Shown: piece by piece, positions 13,032 through 23,092 of the stretch | Position numbering within the stretch: the stretch's first letter is position 1 | Layout of the letters: each line of letters opens with the position of its first letter | Source of the DNA: a virus | Taxonomy: Duplodnaviria; Caudoviricetes | Strand: one strand, 5' to 3' | DNA: 64,000 nucleotides | IMG/VR virus record: IMGVR_UViG_3300016486_001578 | Program-made: the position numbers and the translations under genes | The notes under the pieces: generated by a model | What the model saw: only the letters and a program-made list of their open reading frames with translations | What the model was told of the DNA's origin: nothing | The model's database searches: none

Positions 13032-13232
13032 AATAAAAATTATTCCTTTAGTGCCTTTATTATTTTTTCAGCCAAATCAAAGGCTTCTTTAATTTCTGCA
13101 ACATATCTTTCTTCTTGACCATCGTATTTACTTACTTTAGGGAAAAATAATAAGTAACCACCTTCATCTCTAATTCCATAAGGTTGTCCATTTTTTATGT
13201 ATTGTTTGCAATCCTACCATAATTTTAAAAGT

Positions 13233-13330
13233 GCCTAACAATGGCTAAAGTTAATAGCCTAAATAGGTCTTGTTATATAGTTTAACGGTTAGTGATTACG
13301 GCTACTAACCTTAGCCTAAACTTTGTAGGC
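13233..13330. repeat. attC-like imperfect palindrome 2
   Basis: GCCTAAC...TGTAGGC ends; inner GGCTAAAGTTAATAGCC / GGCTACTAACCTTAGCC arms. Confidence 0.45.
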
Positions 13331-13636
13331 AATTAAGTTGCGAAATACTTTACCTCTTTACATTTACTGCATTTGTACCCCATTCTACAACTCGTCCCTT
13401 CAAACTCTTTCCATCTATGTTCGCAACCTAACTGTTCGCTTCGCCCTACAACATTGACAACATTGGGGCATTGCTTTTACTTAAGCCATTAGTTAAGTCT
13501 TTAATCAAAACATCTATCTCATAAGCATCTATGTAATCGCCATTGTCATTTTCTTCACGTTCAGTTTCAACCACAAACTCATTCATTATATAATTACATA
13601 GGTCAAACCTTTGTATCTTCTTTAAACGGCTTATAA

Positions 13637-13770
13637 TTACTTTGATAGATAAATCTCCATCAAAGGATTCAAATTTTTTAATCATTTTTTAATCATTTTT
13701 TATTTTATATATTAATGCTCTATTTCAAAATAACCATCATCTTCTATTAAATCTAAACCCATATAAGATC
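13637..13770 (-). repeat. 134-bp perfect inverted repeat, left copy
   Basis: Reverse complement of 14375-14508; carries TAATATATA and MIKKFESFDGDLSIKV. Confidence 0.92.
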
Positions 13771-14374
13771 CTGTGATAGCAACGTGGCATTTTCCTCTAT
13801 TGGATTTTACTTTCCAATAAACCATTCCCAGTGAAACCATAGCAATTATAAGTGTTGCAACTAATAAGTAAAATCATATTTTATTTTTTTATTTACACAA
13901 AGATACAAAAATATTTAAATTATGGTAATATTTTGTTAATTTTTTCTTCACGTATATCTTTTAAATAAAAAATAATGTGTTGAAGAAATGGTCTCTCATT
14001 TCTTCTTCTTGTAACATTTTGGTATAATAATCACTTATTCTATCTCTCTCATTTTTTTCATCTATGTCATATAATTTAGATAAATTTAGGTAATAATTTG
14101 AATAATTCATATTTTTTATATTTAAATAAAAAAATTAGTTTAGAAGTGTTATCTTTGTTTTTAATTAAAAATAATAACATGACAGTAAAGCAAATAGAGA
14201 GATTAGGATTTCCATATGTTGGTAGTAAATTAAGACCAAGAAGGTTCTATTGTTATTTCGGCGAGGTAACAATACCAGACTATTATAATATACAAGATAT
14301 TCACCAACTTATATTCGATAAAGGAATAGAAGAGGGTAAGAGAGTTCAAAAAATAATAGATGCTAATAAATTAA

Positions 14375-14508
14375 GATCTTATATGGGTTTAGATTTAATA
14401 GAAGATGATGGTTATTTTGAAATAGAGCATTAATATATAAAATAAAAAATGATTAAAAAATGATTAAAAAATTTGAATCCTTTGATGGAGATTTATCTAT
14501 CAAAGTAA
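14375..14508 (+). repeat. 134-bp perfect inverted repeat, right copy
   Basis: Reverse complement of 13637-13770. Confidence 0.92.
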
Positions 14509-14684
14509 AATGGGATGTTAGTGAAAGTAGTGGGGAAGAATCCTTTGACCTCGATGATTTAGGAGTAACAAAAGAAGATTGGGAATCAATGAGTGATTCT
14601 GATAAAGAAGAGACTATACAATCCGCACTTGATGATTTACCAGAAAGAGTATCGATTATTGTTGATACTTGGACAGAGGATTAA
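14460..14684 (+). CDS. Small acidic protein with capsid-targeting-like N-terminus
   Basis: Starts MIKKFESF; TAATATATA at 14431. Confidence 0.6.
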   Translation: MIKKFESFDGDLSIKVKWDVSESSGEESFDLDDLGVTKEDWESMSDSDKEETIQSALDDLPERVSIIVDTWTED

Positions 14685-14695
14685 AAATAAAATAT

Positions 14696-15241
14696 ATGAC
14701 AGATAATAAGAAAATTGAAGCAGAAAGAAAATTTTTATTGAAACGGAAACCGGATTTAGATTTATCTAAATTTTATTCAGAAACCGTATTACAATCGTAT
14801 TATCCAAAGGATAACGATAAGTGGGGGAGAGTTGAGCACATAAAGACCAAATCCGCCACTATCGAGACTGGTGGGCTATTTGTTAACGAGACATCAGTAA
14901 AATATATTCAAAACGAAAAAGAATTTCTAAGACCTGGGGTTTGTGATGAATTTGAAAAGGAAATAACAGAATCAGAATATGAGGAGTTATTTGGTGAGTG
15001 TGTTAAGTTTGTCAAAAAGACGAGATATTGGATACCAGATCCATCAATTTCTGATACCTTTTGGGAATTGGATATTTATCATAATCTAGATATGGTTGTT
15101 GTGGAAGTAGAGGCAGATGAAAGTATTCTATTTGATATTCAATTGCCAGAATTTATAAAAGAAGTTCTAATACTAGAAGTTACACAATTTAGAGAGTTCT
15201 CAAACGAGAGGTTATCTGTTGAATTTAATAAAGCACTATGA
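14696..15241 (+). CDS. CYTH-domain (triphosphate tunnel) protein
   Basis: EAERKFL, EFEKEI, KKTRY, WELDIY, VVEVE, EVT....SN. Confidence 0.8.
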   Translation: MTDNKKIEAERKFLLKRKPDLDLSKFYSETVLQSYYPKDNDKWGRVEHIKTKSATIETGGLFVNETSVKYIQNEKEFLRPGVCDEFEKEITESEYEELFGECVKFVKKTRYWIPDPSISDTFWELDIYHNLDMVVVEVEADESILFDIQLPEFIKEVLILEVTQFREFSNERLSVEFNKAL

Positions 15242-15505
15242 AGATAGAAATGGTAGATAAAGAATCCCTAAAAAGATATTCTGATTATCTTTCTTCTGGT
15301 TATTTAAATAAACCCATAGATTATACTAAATATGTTTCTCCTTCTAGTAAGTTAAAGAAAATTAAAGAAGATAGAGATAAAAAAATTAATGATTTATTAA
15401 ATGAATAAGGATAACATTAAAATAACAATAAAAGATTCTGATTCGACACTTGTTTATGATTTTATGAACACTTGGAGAAAGAAAATTGATGATGAGAATA
15501 ATTAA

Positions 15506-15691
15506 ATGAGGAATAAATATCCTATACTTGGGTTTGCTCCAGGGAGTTACATGGGAACTTGTGTTAATTGTAAAAAAACCTTTATGGGTGATAAAAGAGC
15601 AATACATTGCGAACCTTGTGCTATTATATTATCAAACGAACATATATCAAAAAATAGATATATAAAAATTAATAAAATAATAAATGGGTAA
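15506..15691 (+). CDS. Zn-ribbon microprotein with C-terminal tag
   Basis: GFAPGSYMGTCVNC...GDKRAIHCEPCA; ends RYIKINKIING. Confidence 0.65.
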   Translation: MRNKYPILGFAPGSYMGTCVNCKKTFMGDKRAIHCEPCAIILSNEHISKNRYIKINKIING

Positions 15692-16118
15692 TTATTCAAA
15701 TATGGATTTATATCCAGAGTTTACAAATACCTGCTCTCTATGTAACTCTATGTTTGGTTCCAAATTCGCTCATATAGAAATATGTAAAAATTGCTCAGAT
15801 GTTTTCAAGAATAGAGAAGAAAAAATTAATAAAATAATAAGTGGTGAAAATAGATAAAATCCATTCATATGTTGTTGCTAGTCCGGCCTTTGGTAATGTA
15901 ATATATTGCGCGAGGTGTAAAAAATATAGAACTGATATATGTCATTGTATAAAAGAAGAAAGAGATAAAAAAATTAATGATTTATTATATGGAATATGAG
16001 TATAATGAAAATGTTCATCAATGTAATGAGTGTGTTAAAATTTTTTATAATGAGAAGTCGGATAAATGTCCGTTCTGTTACCCACAGAAAAATAGAGATA
16101 GAAAAATAGAAGCTATAA

Positions 16119-17033
16119 TTAAGAAGTTATAATAGGCTTTTTGAATTTTAGTATATTCAACTCTTTTGACTTCGCTTCTATCATAACATCAACTTTATTT
16201 CCATAAAGGTTCGGTAATTCATTTATCATATCTGAGTGAGCTTGTTCTTTTATACTACTATTATTTTCGTGTATAGCCTTGGACTCAGAATAGTGAACAA
16301 CTGGTGTTATTCCATCTGGCCAAGTTTTTATAGCCATTTCTAATGCTTCTCTTTCACTAAGGCCACCATCTTGAAATTTGTGGTGATGGTAGTCAAAAAC
16401 TATCGGAATACCTATTCGCTCATGAATATACATTAGATCTTTAACCGAATACATACTTCCTTTATCATCATTTTCAACAGTTAATCTTAATTTAACTGAA
16501 TCTGATAATCTATCAAAATTTTTAACAAACCTATCCATGGCTGATATCTTATCACCATAAACACCATTACAATGTATATTTATTTTATTATAGTGTGATG
16601 GCTCGAATCCCATAATGTCAAGTATCTTACCATTATTTTCTAGATCGGTTATTGTATTATTAATAACTCTTTCGTTTGGTGATACTAAAACATTAAAGGG
16701 ACCAGGATGTGATGTTATTCTTATATTATTTTCCTTAGCAAAATCTCCACAAGCCTTCAGAGCGTCTCTTATTTCTAAATGATCTGGAGCATCTTCTAAA
16801 TTCCATTCAGAGAACCAAGGAAATATATCAGAACTCATTCTGAATAGTTTTATATCATTATCGTTATTCCATTTCAATATTTTCAATAAGTCAATTGAGT
16901 TTAACAAAGATAACTCACTAGCGTAATTTATTCCTTTTGATAAAAATGTTCTTTTTATCATGGATCTATTAGTTGTTATTTTCGGTCTCTGATTACTTAA
17001 TGTCATGTTTATACAAGCGTATCCTAAATTCAT
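16119..17033 (-). CDS. uvsE: UV damage endonuclease
   Basis: LGYACIN, FRMSSDIFPW, SHPGPFNVL, INIH, RLTVENDD, PIVFDYHHH, HYSES, MIEAKSKE. Confidence 0.95.
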   Translation of the reverse strand: MNLGYACINMTLSNQRPKITTNRSMIKRTFLSKGINYASELSLLNSIDLLKILKWNNDNDIKLFRMSSDIFPWFSEWNLEDAPDHLEIRDALKACGDFAKENNIRITSHPGPFNVLVSPNERVINNTITDLENNGKILDIMGFEPSHYNKINIHCNGVYGDKISAMDRFVKNFDRLSDSVKLRLTVENDDKGSMYSVKDLMYIHERIGIPIVFDYHHHKFQDGGLSEREALEMAIKTWPDGITPVVHYSESKAIHENNSSIKEQAHSDMINELPNLYGNKVDVMIEAKSKELNILKFKKPIITS

Positions 17034-17483
17034 TCTTCTAATTTACTATAAATATAATACTTTAATTTGGATATCCAATTATTTTCCAATATCTCTTTTA
17101 ATTTAGATTCTCTTTCATCTTCTTTTCTCTTACAAAAGGGGCACTCGACCTTAATATGGTATTTATAACATGATTTACACTGATTAATATCGGCCATTTT
17201 CATTCTATTCATATAGTATTTTATTAATTAATTGATTACGCTCTCTTTTTATTCTATCTAAATTTGATTCGTTTTGTTCTTCATATCCATCCCAATCACA
17301 TTCTTCACAGTATGATCTACAATTTACACAATATGAACAAGGAGGATTGCCCATGTGGCAACTACATCCATAGTCGGTATCATGTTCTTCTAATATACCC
17401 TTACATCCATTTCTGTTACATTGTTCTCCTTTTTCGTATCCTTCCATAATTAAAACTTGATCGTTATTTTTCATATAAAATAA

Positions 17484-17885
17484 ATGACACAAAGTTTACC
17501 AAATGAAGAGATGATGAAGAGATGGAGTTCTATATTAGAACAACATGAGAATACTGGATTAATGAATTCAGGAACGCAATCAATAAATAACCAAATGGTT
17601 GATTTTTTACCACTAGTTACTAAGGCCTTTGTAGGGTCAGTTGCCTTAGATTTAGTTCCTGTTATTCCAATGGATGGTAGTAATTCACCAGATGAATTTA
17701 AAAAAATGAGGTCTGATATTAAAATAGAAAATAGAGAAAGGCGAATAGACTCTGTTATAGGTGGTATAAAAATTGAAGAAATGAAAATAGAAGATCACAA
17801 AGATTATAAAAAAAGTAAACCACCAAGTTGTAATTTATTCTATATGGATTATACATATGGTGGTACTTCCTCGACTACTTCCTAA
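17484..17885 (+). CDS. Truncated major-capsid (gp23-like) paralog
   Basis: RWSSILE; LPLVTKAF...VALDLVPVIPMDG...PP..LFYMDYTY resemble the N-terminal third of T4-like major capsid proteins. Confidence 0.5.
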   Translation: MTQSLPNEEMMKRWSSILEQHENTGLMNSGTQSINNQMVDFLPLVTKAFVGSVALDLVPVIPMDGSNSPDEFKKMRSDIKIENRERRIDSVIGGIKIEEMKIEDHKDYKKSKPPSCNLFYMDYTYGGTSSTTS

Positions 17886-18504
17886 CTAAGGTTCTAAATT
17901 CAGTCATTAGTTTATTTCTAGTTGGTTGATATTTTTCTTGTAATTCACCCCAATTCCATTTCTTAGAATTTAATTCACTCCATATTTGATTAGAGACATC
18001 AAAATTTATTTTACCATATTTCACAAATTCAATACCAAATTGAGCAATTCTTAGTGAGTGAAAAATACTTTTTATTCCAATATAATAATCACCTTGTTCT
18101 AATTTCTTTTTGGATTTAACCCATGAGTTAGAAACTGAGTGTGATATATTATGTATTAGGCTTTTTTCACTAAGTTTAAAATCACAATCAAATTTCTTAA
18201 TAATAGCCCAATCTGGGGCAAATAAACATTCTATTGCTTTTATGTGATTAACTTTCGACCATTGTTTGAATTTATCCGGAACAATTAGGTGTATGTTTAA
18301 TTCTTTACCCTTAAATTTTGATGATAGTGTTGATGTCTGGTTTATTTCTACCTCAGGTGAGCTAGAATTACATATCAGTATTATATCCCAATCAGAATTA
18401 TAATTTGATGTTCCATAAACTCTGGATCCAAAAATATAACAACCATGCACCCTTAATGGGTGCTTCTTTGCTACCTTGCATATTTCTTCTAATGTTGGTA
18501 TCAT
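17875..18504 (-). CDS. Pol-beta-superfamily nucleotidyltransferase
   Basis: IFGSRVYGT...SDWDII signature; C-terminal KSIFHSLRI helical domain. Confidence 0.8.
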   Translation of the reverse strand: MIPTLEEICKVAKKHPLRVHGCYIFGSRVYGTSNYNSDWDIILICNSSSPEVEINQTSTLSSKFKGKELNIHLIVPDKFKQWSKVNHIKAIECLFAPDWAIIKKFDCDFKLSEKSLIHNISHSVSNSWVKSKKKLEQGDYYIGIKSIFHSLRIAQFGIEFVKYGKINFDVSNQIWSELNSKKWNWGELQEKYQPTRNKLMTEFRTLVRK

Positions 18505-18834
18505 TTTTTTCTCCTTGTTGCTTTTATAACTTTAGTTTTTTTACTACCTTCTATTCTTTTCTTCTTCTTTAAATAAACATCACCATTAAGAACATATGGT
18601 AAATTTTGTATATTAGCTCTTATTGATTTTATACGATTAGACATTTTTGTTTTTGAGATACCCTTAAGTGAATCTACCTCACTCTCTAATAAATTAATTT
18701 GATCCATCATAGGTTTGGATGCTTCTATTACCAATTTTGTCTTTAGACTTTCTGGTATCATTACTCCATACCATCTAATTTTATTATCATTCTTGATTAT
18801 GTCTTCGTATATAGTATCTGTCATGTTTTATTTT

Positions 18835-18970
18835 TGGTGTTCCTAGCAGGATTCGAACCTGCCTTGTAGAGCTACTTGATTAATGACCATTGCCTATATA
18901 TCACTGGGACCATTTATCCATCACCTACCCAAACTCACTAACTTGTTGCGACCTCATTAGTTATAGGAAC
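18835..18970 (-). ncRNA. tRNA-like RNA (136 nt) with encoded CCA and expanded central domain
   Basis: Acceptor GTTCCTA/TAGGAAC + A + CCA; T-arm GCAGG-TTCGAAT-CCTGC; no 7-nt anticodon loop. Confidence 0.75.
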
Positions 18971-19686
18971 CTATTTATATGTAAATATAATAATAATAAT
19001 TAAGATAAACAAGTTTTATTTTTAATTAAAAGTCCGTATATTTATTAAAATAAAAAGAAATGAGTAGAGAAATAAATCTATATAGATATGAATATAATAT
19101 AAGCGAAGATGATAAACATTTCAATTCAATTAAAATAACTTTACCTAGTTATGTGGAATTAGTTTATGATATTGAGTATGAATATTATGATAATGCTTGG
19201 TTAGAGAAATTTAAAGATATGATTAATTATTTTATTTATATTTTAAAAAAAATATCTAGGTTAGATTTTAAATTTTCCAAAATGAAAAAAAGAATTGGTC
19301 TATATAGCATGATTAATCTTAAATTTAAACACAATACAGAAAAAAATACACTAATAATTCTTGAGGAGTATTTAGAAGATCATAAAATAAATATAATATA
19401 TCTATCATCTGTTAGAGACCGAGAAGAAAAACTAAAATCAATTGGTATATGAAAAATATAAATAAAGAAACTTTTTGCATACACAAAGAGAGTGGACATA
19501 TAGGAAAGATAATAAATGAGATTACCGGAAGCACTGATTTCCCAGACCAATGGGGAATCTATTGGCTACCTGGTAAGAATTCCGAACAAAATAAAGAACA
19601 TGGTCGTAAATACTATTGGCAAGACAAAGACAAAATAGAAATCCTAAAAAGTATAAACTAATTATAAATTTATTCATATTAATATT

Positions 19687-20196
19687 ATGAATAAAGGATA
19701 TAAAATAATTGTAGCCACCGGATTGAATGGTGAGATAGGCGCAAATGGCGACCTATTATGGAGGCTACCAAACGATATGAAATGGTTTAGTAAAAACACA
19801 ACAGGATCTGTTGTAATAATGGGTAGAAAAACATACGAAAGTTTCCCAGAGAAATATAGACCTCTACCAAATCGAAAAAACATCGTTATAACAAGAAACA
19901 AAGACTACGTAGCGCCAGAAAACGTATCAGTCGTTAATAGTATCGATGATGCTTTAATTGTGGCCGAGGGCTCATCATATGAACAAAAGTGGATAATAGG
20001 TGGTGGTGATATATACAAACAAGCCTTAGAATTTTGTGAAGAAGTTGTTATAACAAAAGTAGATTCTTCTTTTGAAGAAGCTGATACATTTTTCCCAAAA
20101 TTAAATGAAGAATGGAGAGAAGAATGGAGAGAAGATCATAAAATTGATGATAGACATAAGTATAACTTTTCCTTCATAAGATATAATAGAGTATGA
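19687..20196 (+). CDS. folA: Dihydrofolate reductase
   Basis: IG.NGDLLWRLPNDMKWF, VIMGRKTYESFP..RPLPNRKNIVITR, IIGGG, ADTFFP. Confidence 0.96.
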   Translation: MNKGYKIIVATGLNGEIGANGDLLWRLPNDMKWFSKNTTGSVVIMGRKTYESFPEKYRPLPNRKNIVITRNKDYVAPENVSVVNSIDDALIVAEGSSYEQKWIIGGGDIYKQALEFCEEVVITKVDSSFEEADTFFPKLNEEWREEWREDHKIDDRHKYNFSFIRYNRV

Positions 20197-20359
20197 GAAT
20201 AAAAGCAATATATCGAAAAAATCTAAAAATGAGTGATAATAAACCGAAGTTGAAGCAGGAACAAAAACTTCTGCGGCTTGGATAGTTGATTTTAAAAGTA
20301 TAAATACCGACTCAAAAGAATGTAGATGTTCTTATTATCCAAAAAATGGACCACCATAG
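20193..20359 (+). pseudogene. Pth2-type peptidyl-tRNA hydrolase with internal deletion
   Basis: MRIKAIYRKNLKMSDNK joined out of frame at ~20243 to TEVEAGTKTSAAW; both resemble Pth2 motifs (RxDLKMSxGK; TEVxxGTxT). Confidence 0.55.
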
Positions 20360-20390
20360 AAAAATAAAAATATACTTTAATATATACAAT

Positions 20391-20855
20391 ATGAAGTATT
20401 TAAAGAAATTCAACGAAGAATTAGAAGTAACTACACAGAGACAAATATTAATAGATGATTTTGAAGGTGAGTTATCGAGAATGGAATCTTATGATTTAGA
20501 GAGATTCTCAGTTCAGAAAAAATTCACACAGGAGCAAAGAAACAAACTAAATTTAAAATTTGGTATTGATACAACCATATTTGGACCTAGGTCTAAAATG
20601 GATTACCCACTTAGTTTTGAATATGGTTCTTTTGGTGGAGCTAAATATGATTTTAATGGTGATTTAAAAAAGAAGATATTCTTTGGTAAAGAAGAAGAAT
20701 CAAATGAAATTTTCTATTTGATTTCTGGTAATATAAACATTAAGTTAGGAAATGATGTTGGTAGGAAAAGGGTAGTAATAAAATTCAATAAATTAGATAA
20801 AGTAATAAATTTATTCAATAATTTCGAGGATAAGATAAATTATTATGTTGAATAA
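20391..20855 (+). CDS. Hypothetical protein with capsid-targeting-like N-terminus
   Basis: MKYLKKFNEE directly after TAATATATA (20378). Confidence 0.65.
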   Translation: MKYLKKFNEELEVTTQRQILIDDFEGELSRMESYDLERFSVQKKFTQEQRNKLNLKFGIDTTIFGPRSKMDYPLSFEYGSFGGAKYDFNGDLKKKIFFGKEEESNEIFYLISGNINIKLGNDVGRKRVVIKFNKLDKVINLFNNFEDKINYYVE

Positions 20856-21687
20856 CCTATCTTAAACACAAAGATCTGCAACATCATGATATATACTATA
20901 TTATATACTCGACTCAGGAATCCATTTTTGTCCATTTATACTCAATGTCCCAAGTTCATTATCCCACTCAATCTCTTCTGAGTAATCATCCATCAATTTA
21001 GCAATTGTCTCTGATCTTTTTTTAGATATTGATTTTTTACCTGCTATAAATGATTCTATGACCATAGAATGTATCTCTCTTTTAGCACTATCGGATAGAA
21101 TATCCATTCTATCACAAAATGACTCAAACCTTTCTAAAACTTCTTTTGGTAGTTTGGTTTTTGTTTTTAATTTGTCTTTCATTTATTTTATATGAAAAAA
21201 TAAAACAATAGTTTAGTCTATGAGCCAAGAAGTCTCAGAAATAATAAACAAACAGATAATAGATAATAAAAATAAATTTGATAGTCTATATAAAAAGTCA
21301 TTAATTCAAGCCGGTGATGATGTTTGTACAAAGGGTAGTGTAGAATTCTGGGAAAATTGGCTATCACAGATTATTTTATTATTCTCCACCTTTTCTATTC
21401 GCCCAAGCTCTGATAGTAAAGTGGTTATTTTTGTTTCTTCGCCCAAAAGATTATTTATAGATATCTCTCTTTTAAAGGATTCACTATTCGTTATATGTTT
21501 ATATCGATTTAATAAACCAGATATGGTTTTTGTGTCGCCTATGTTTATGTTTAATCTTTTCATAGCACCGACAAGAGTTTTATATCTCTTAGCTAAGTAC
21601 CACTTATCTGAATAGTTATCACATATCTTGTCTTTATAACTGACATAATATTCTCCAACTGATCCAATATAAACAATGTATTCCATG

Positions 21688-21802
21688 TCCTCAGGGTAGG
21701 ACCTGCACCTACCTACTCTTAATTAACTCGGATTGAGGCTTTAATATCCCAATCAAATGCGGTTAATTCGTCAATGTGTTTTTCTCGATAAACTACCTAA
21801 GG
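21688..21802 (-). ncRNA. tRNA-like RNA (115 nt) with long hairpin replacing the anticodon arm
   Basis: Acceptor CCTTAGG/CCTGAGG + A; D-arm TA-GTTT-ATCGAGA-AAAC; T-like arm GTAGG-TGCAGGT-CCTAC; central AATTAAC/GTTAATT and GATTGGG/CCTCAATC stems. Confidence 0.6.
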
Positions 21803-21827
21803 AGGTATAAAGATAAGAATATTTTTA

Positions 21828-22262
21828 TTAACTACAAACTAAATACAAAAGAAAAGAAGCAGCCAATAATCCAAATATTATATTTAGCTTTATCAAAAAA
21901 TTATTTACTTTTCCTAATTTATAATTCTCAATATATTCTGATTCTTTATTAAATTCTTCACACAATAAATAATAAAAACAAACTCTATATTTACTCTTAT
22001 TTGATTTGCCTAATTTTTTAATAACACTTTCTATTGATTCATCCAGTTCTTTGGAATCCTTTAGTCCTAATTTTTTAATTAAGTAATTATCTTTTATTGT
22101 CTTTAATTCAGATGGATCACTACTTGATACTGTTTCAGCATCAGCCTTGAAAATACCCGGAGATAGACTATCGGTTATTTTATTCAATAACTCCATATTA
22201 ACTTTTATTCCTGTTGATTCAAGTTGTTTTTTATACCTTTTGATCATATCCGATTTCTTCAT
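21828..22262 (-). CDS. DUF2853-like protein with C-terminal TM helix
   Basis: PGIFKADAETVSSSDPSELKTIKDNYLIKKLGL...SNKSKYRVCFYYLL. Confidence 0.7.
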   Translation of the reverse strand: MKKSDMIKRYKKQLESTGIKVNMELLNKITDSLSPGIFKADAETVSSSDPSELKTIKDNYLIKKLGLKDSKELDESIESVIKKLGKSNKSKYRVCFYYLLCEEFNKESEYIENYKLGKVNNFLIKLNIIFGLLAASFLLYLVCS

Positions 22263-23092
22263 TTGAATGATTTATTTTCTATAACTAATTTAACATGTGT
22301 TGGCTGTGTTAATAATACATTGAATTCTCTTTTTATCCTATCTTTTAAAAAATCTTGTAAAAAAGATTCCTCATGTATAATTTTATAGTTTTTTGGTATT
22401 TTTGTTTTAACTGTTTCTAAAGATACTGGTAGATAATTTTCATTAACTTCCCTCTTCCAATTATTCTTATATCTATATTTCAATAGGTAGTGCATAAATG
22501 TTCTATAACTATCATTTATAGAACCCCACTTAGACTCAAAAGAATTAAGATATTCTTGGTCAGTTTTTCTTCTAACCTTTTTTACATCATCTTTAAATTG
22601 TGATATTTCTTCTTTTTCTAATTCTACGGATGGTATCATATCTCTTATGGTTATCCATTTAAAGTCATTACCAAATACTTGCTTTTCCCAGAATTTTTTA
22701 ATTATTTTACCATGTGAATATGAATAAACTTCATGTATCACCGAGCTCAAATTTAAAAGTGGTGATTTGTTTTTTTGTATAGACCTTAATACTTCTTCCC
22801 AATTATTTGTTATTAGTGTATTTTGTCCTAATCTTTTTTTGGCCTTTAATATCATATCATCATCTAAATCATAACCAATTATCTTTATATTAGGATTGTT
22901 ATTTCTAATATTTTCCAAAAAGGTGCCATCGGCGCATCCAAAATCAACAATTACATCAAAATTTAACATATCGATAAAAAAAGATTTATCTACCATTGAT
23001 TTACTCATACTATCTATATAAGATTGTGTGTTATTTATTGGTGATTTTCCAACAAATTCTTCTAAAAATAGCTCCCAGTTTAATATAACCAT
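22259..23092 (-). CDS. Class I SAM-dependent methyltransferase
   Basis: IVDFGCADG, IGYDLD, LSSVIHEVYSY, ITIRD. Confidence 0.85.
   Translation of the reverse strand: MVILNWELFLEEFVGKSPINNTQSYIDSMSKSMVDKSFFIDMLNFDVIVDFGCADGTFLENIRNNNPNIKIIGYDLDDDMILKAKKRLGQNTLITNNWEEVLRSIQKNKSPLLNLSSVIHEVYSYSHGKIIKKFWEKQVFGNDFKWITIRDMIPSVELEKEEISQFKDDVKKVRRKTDQEYLNSFESKWGSINDSYRTFMHYLLKYRYKNNWKREVNENYLPVSLETVKTKIPKNYKIIHEESFLQDFLKDRIKREFNVLLTQPTHVKLVIENKSFK

Noticed and set aside
18835-18970. tmRNA or intron-containing tRNA
   Set aside because: No G3-U70 alanine identity, no tag ORF, too short, and no group I core or clear splice motif
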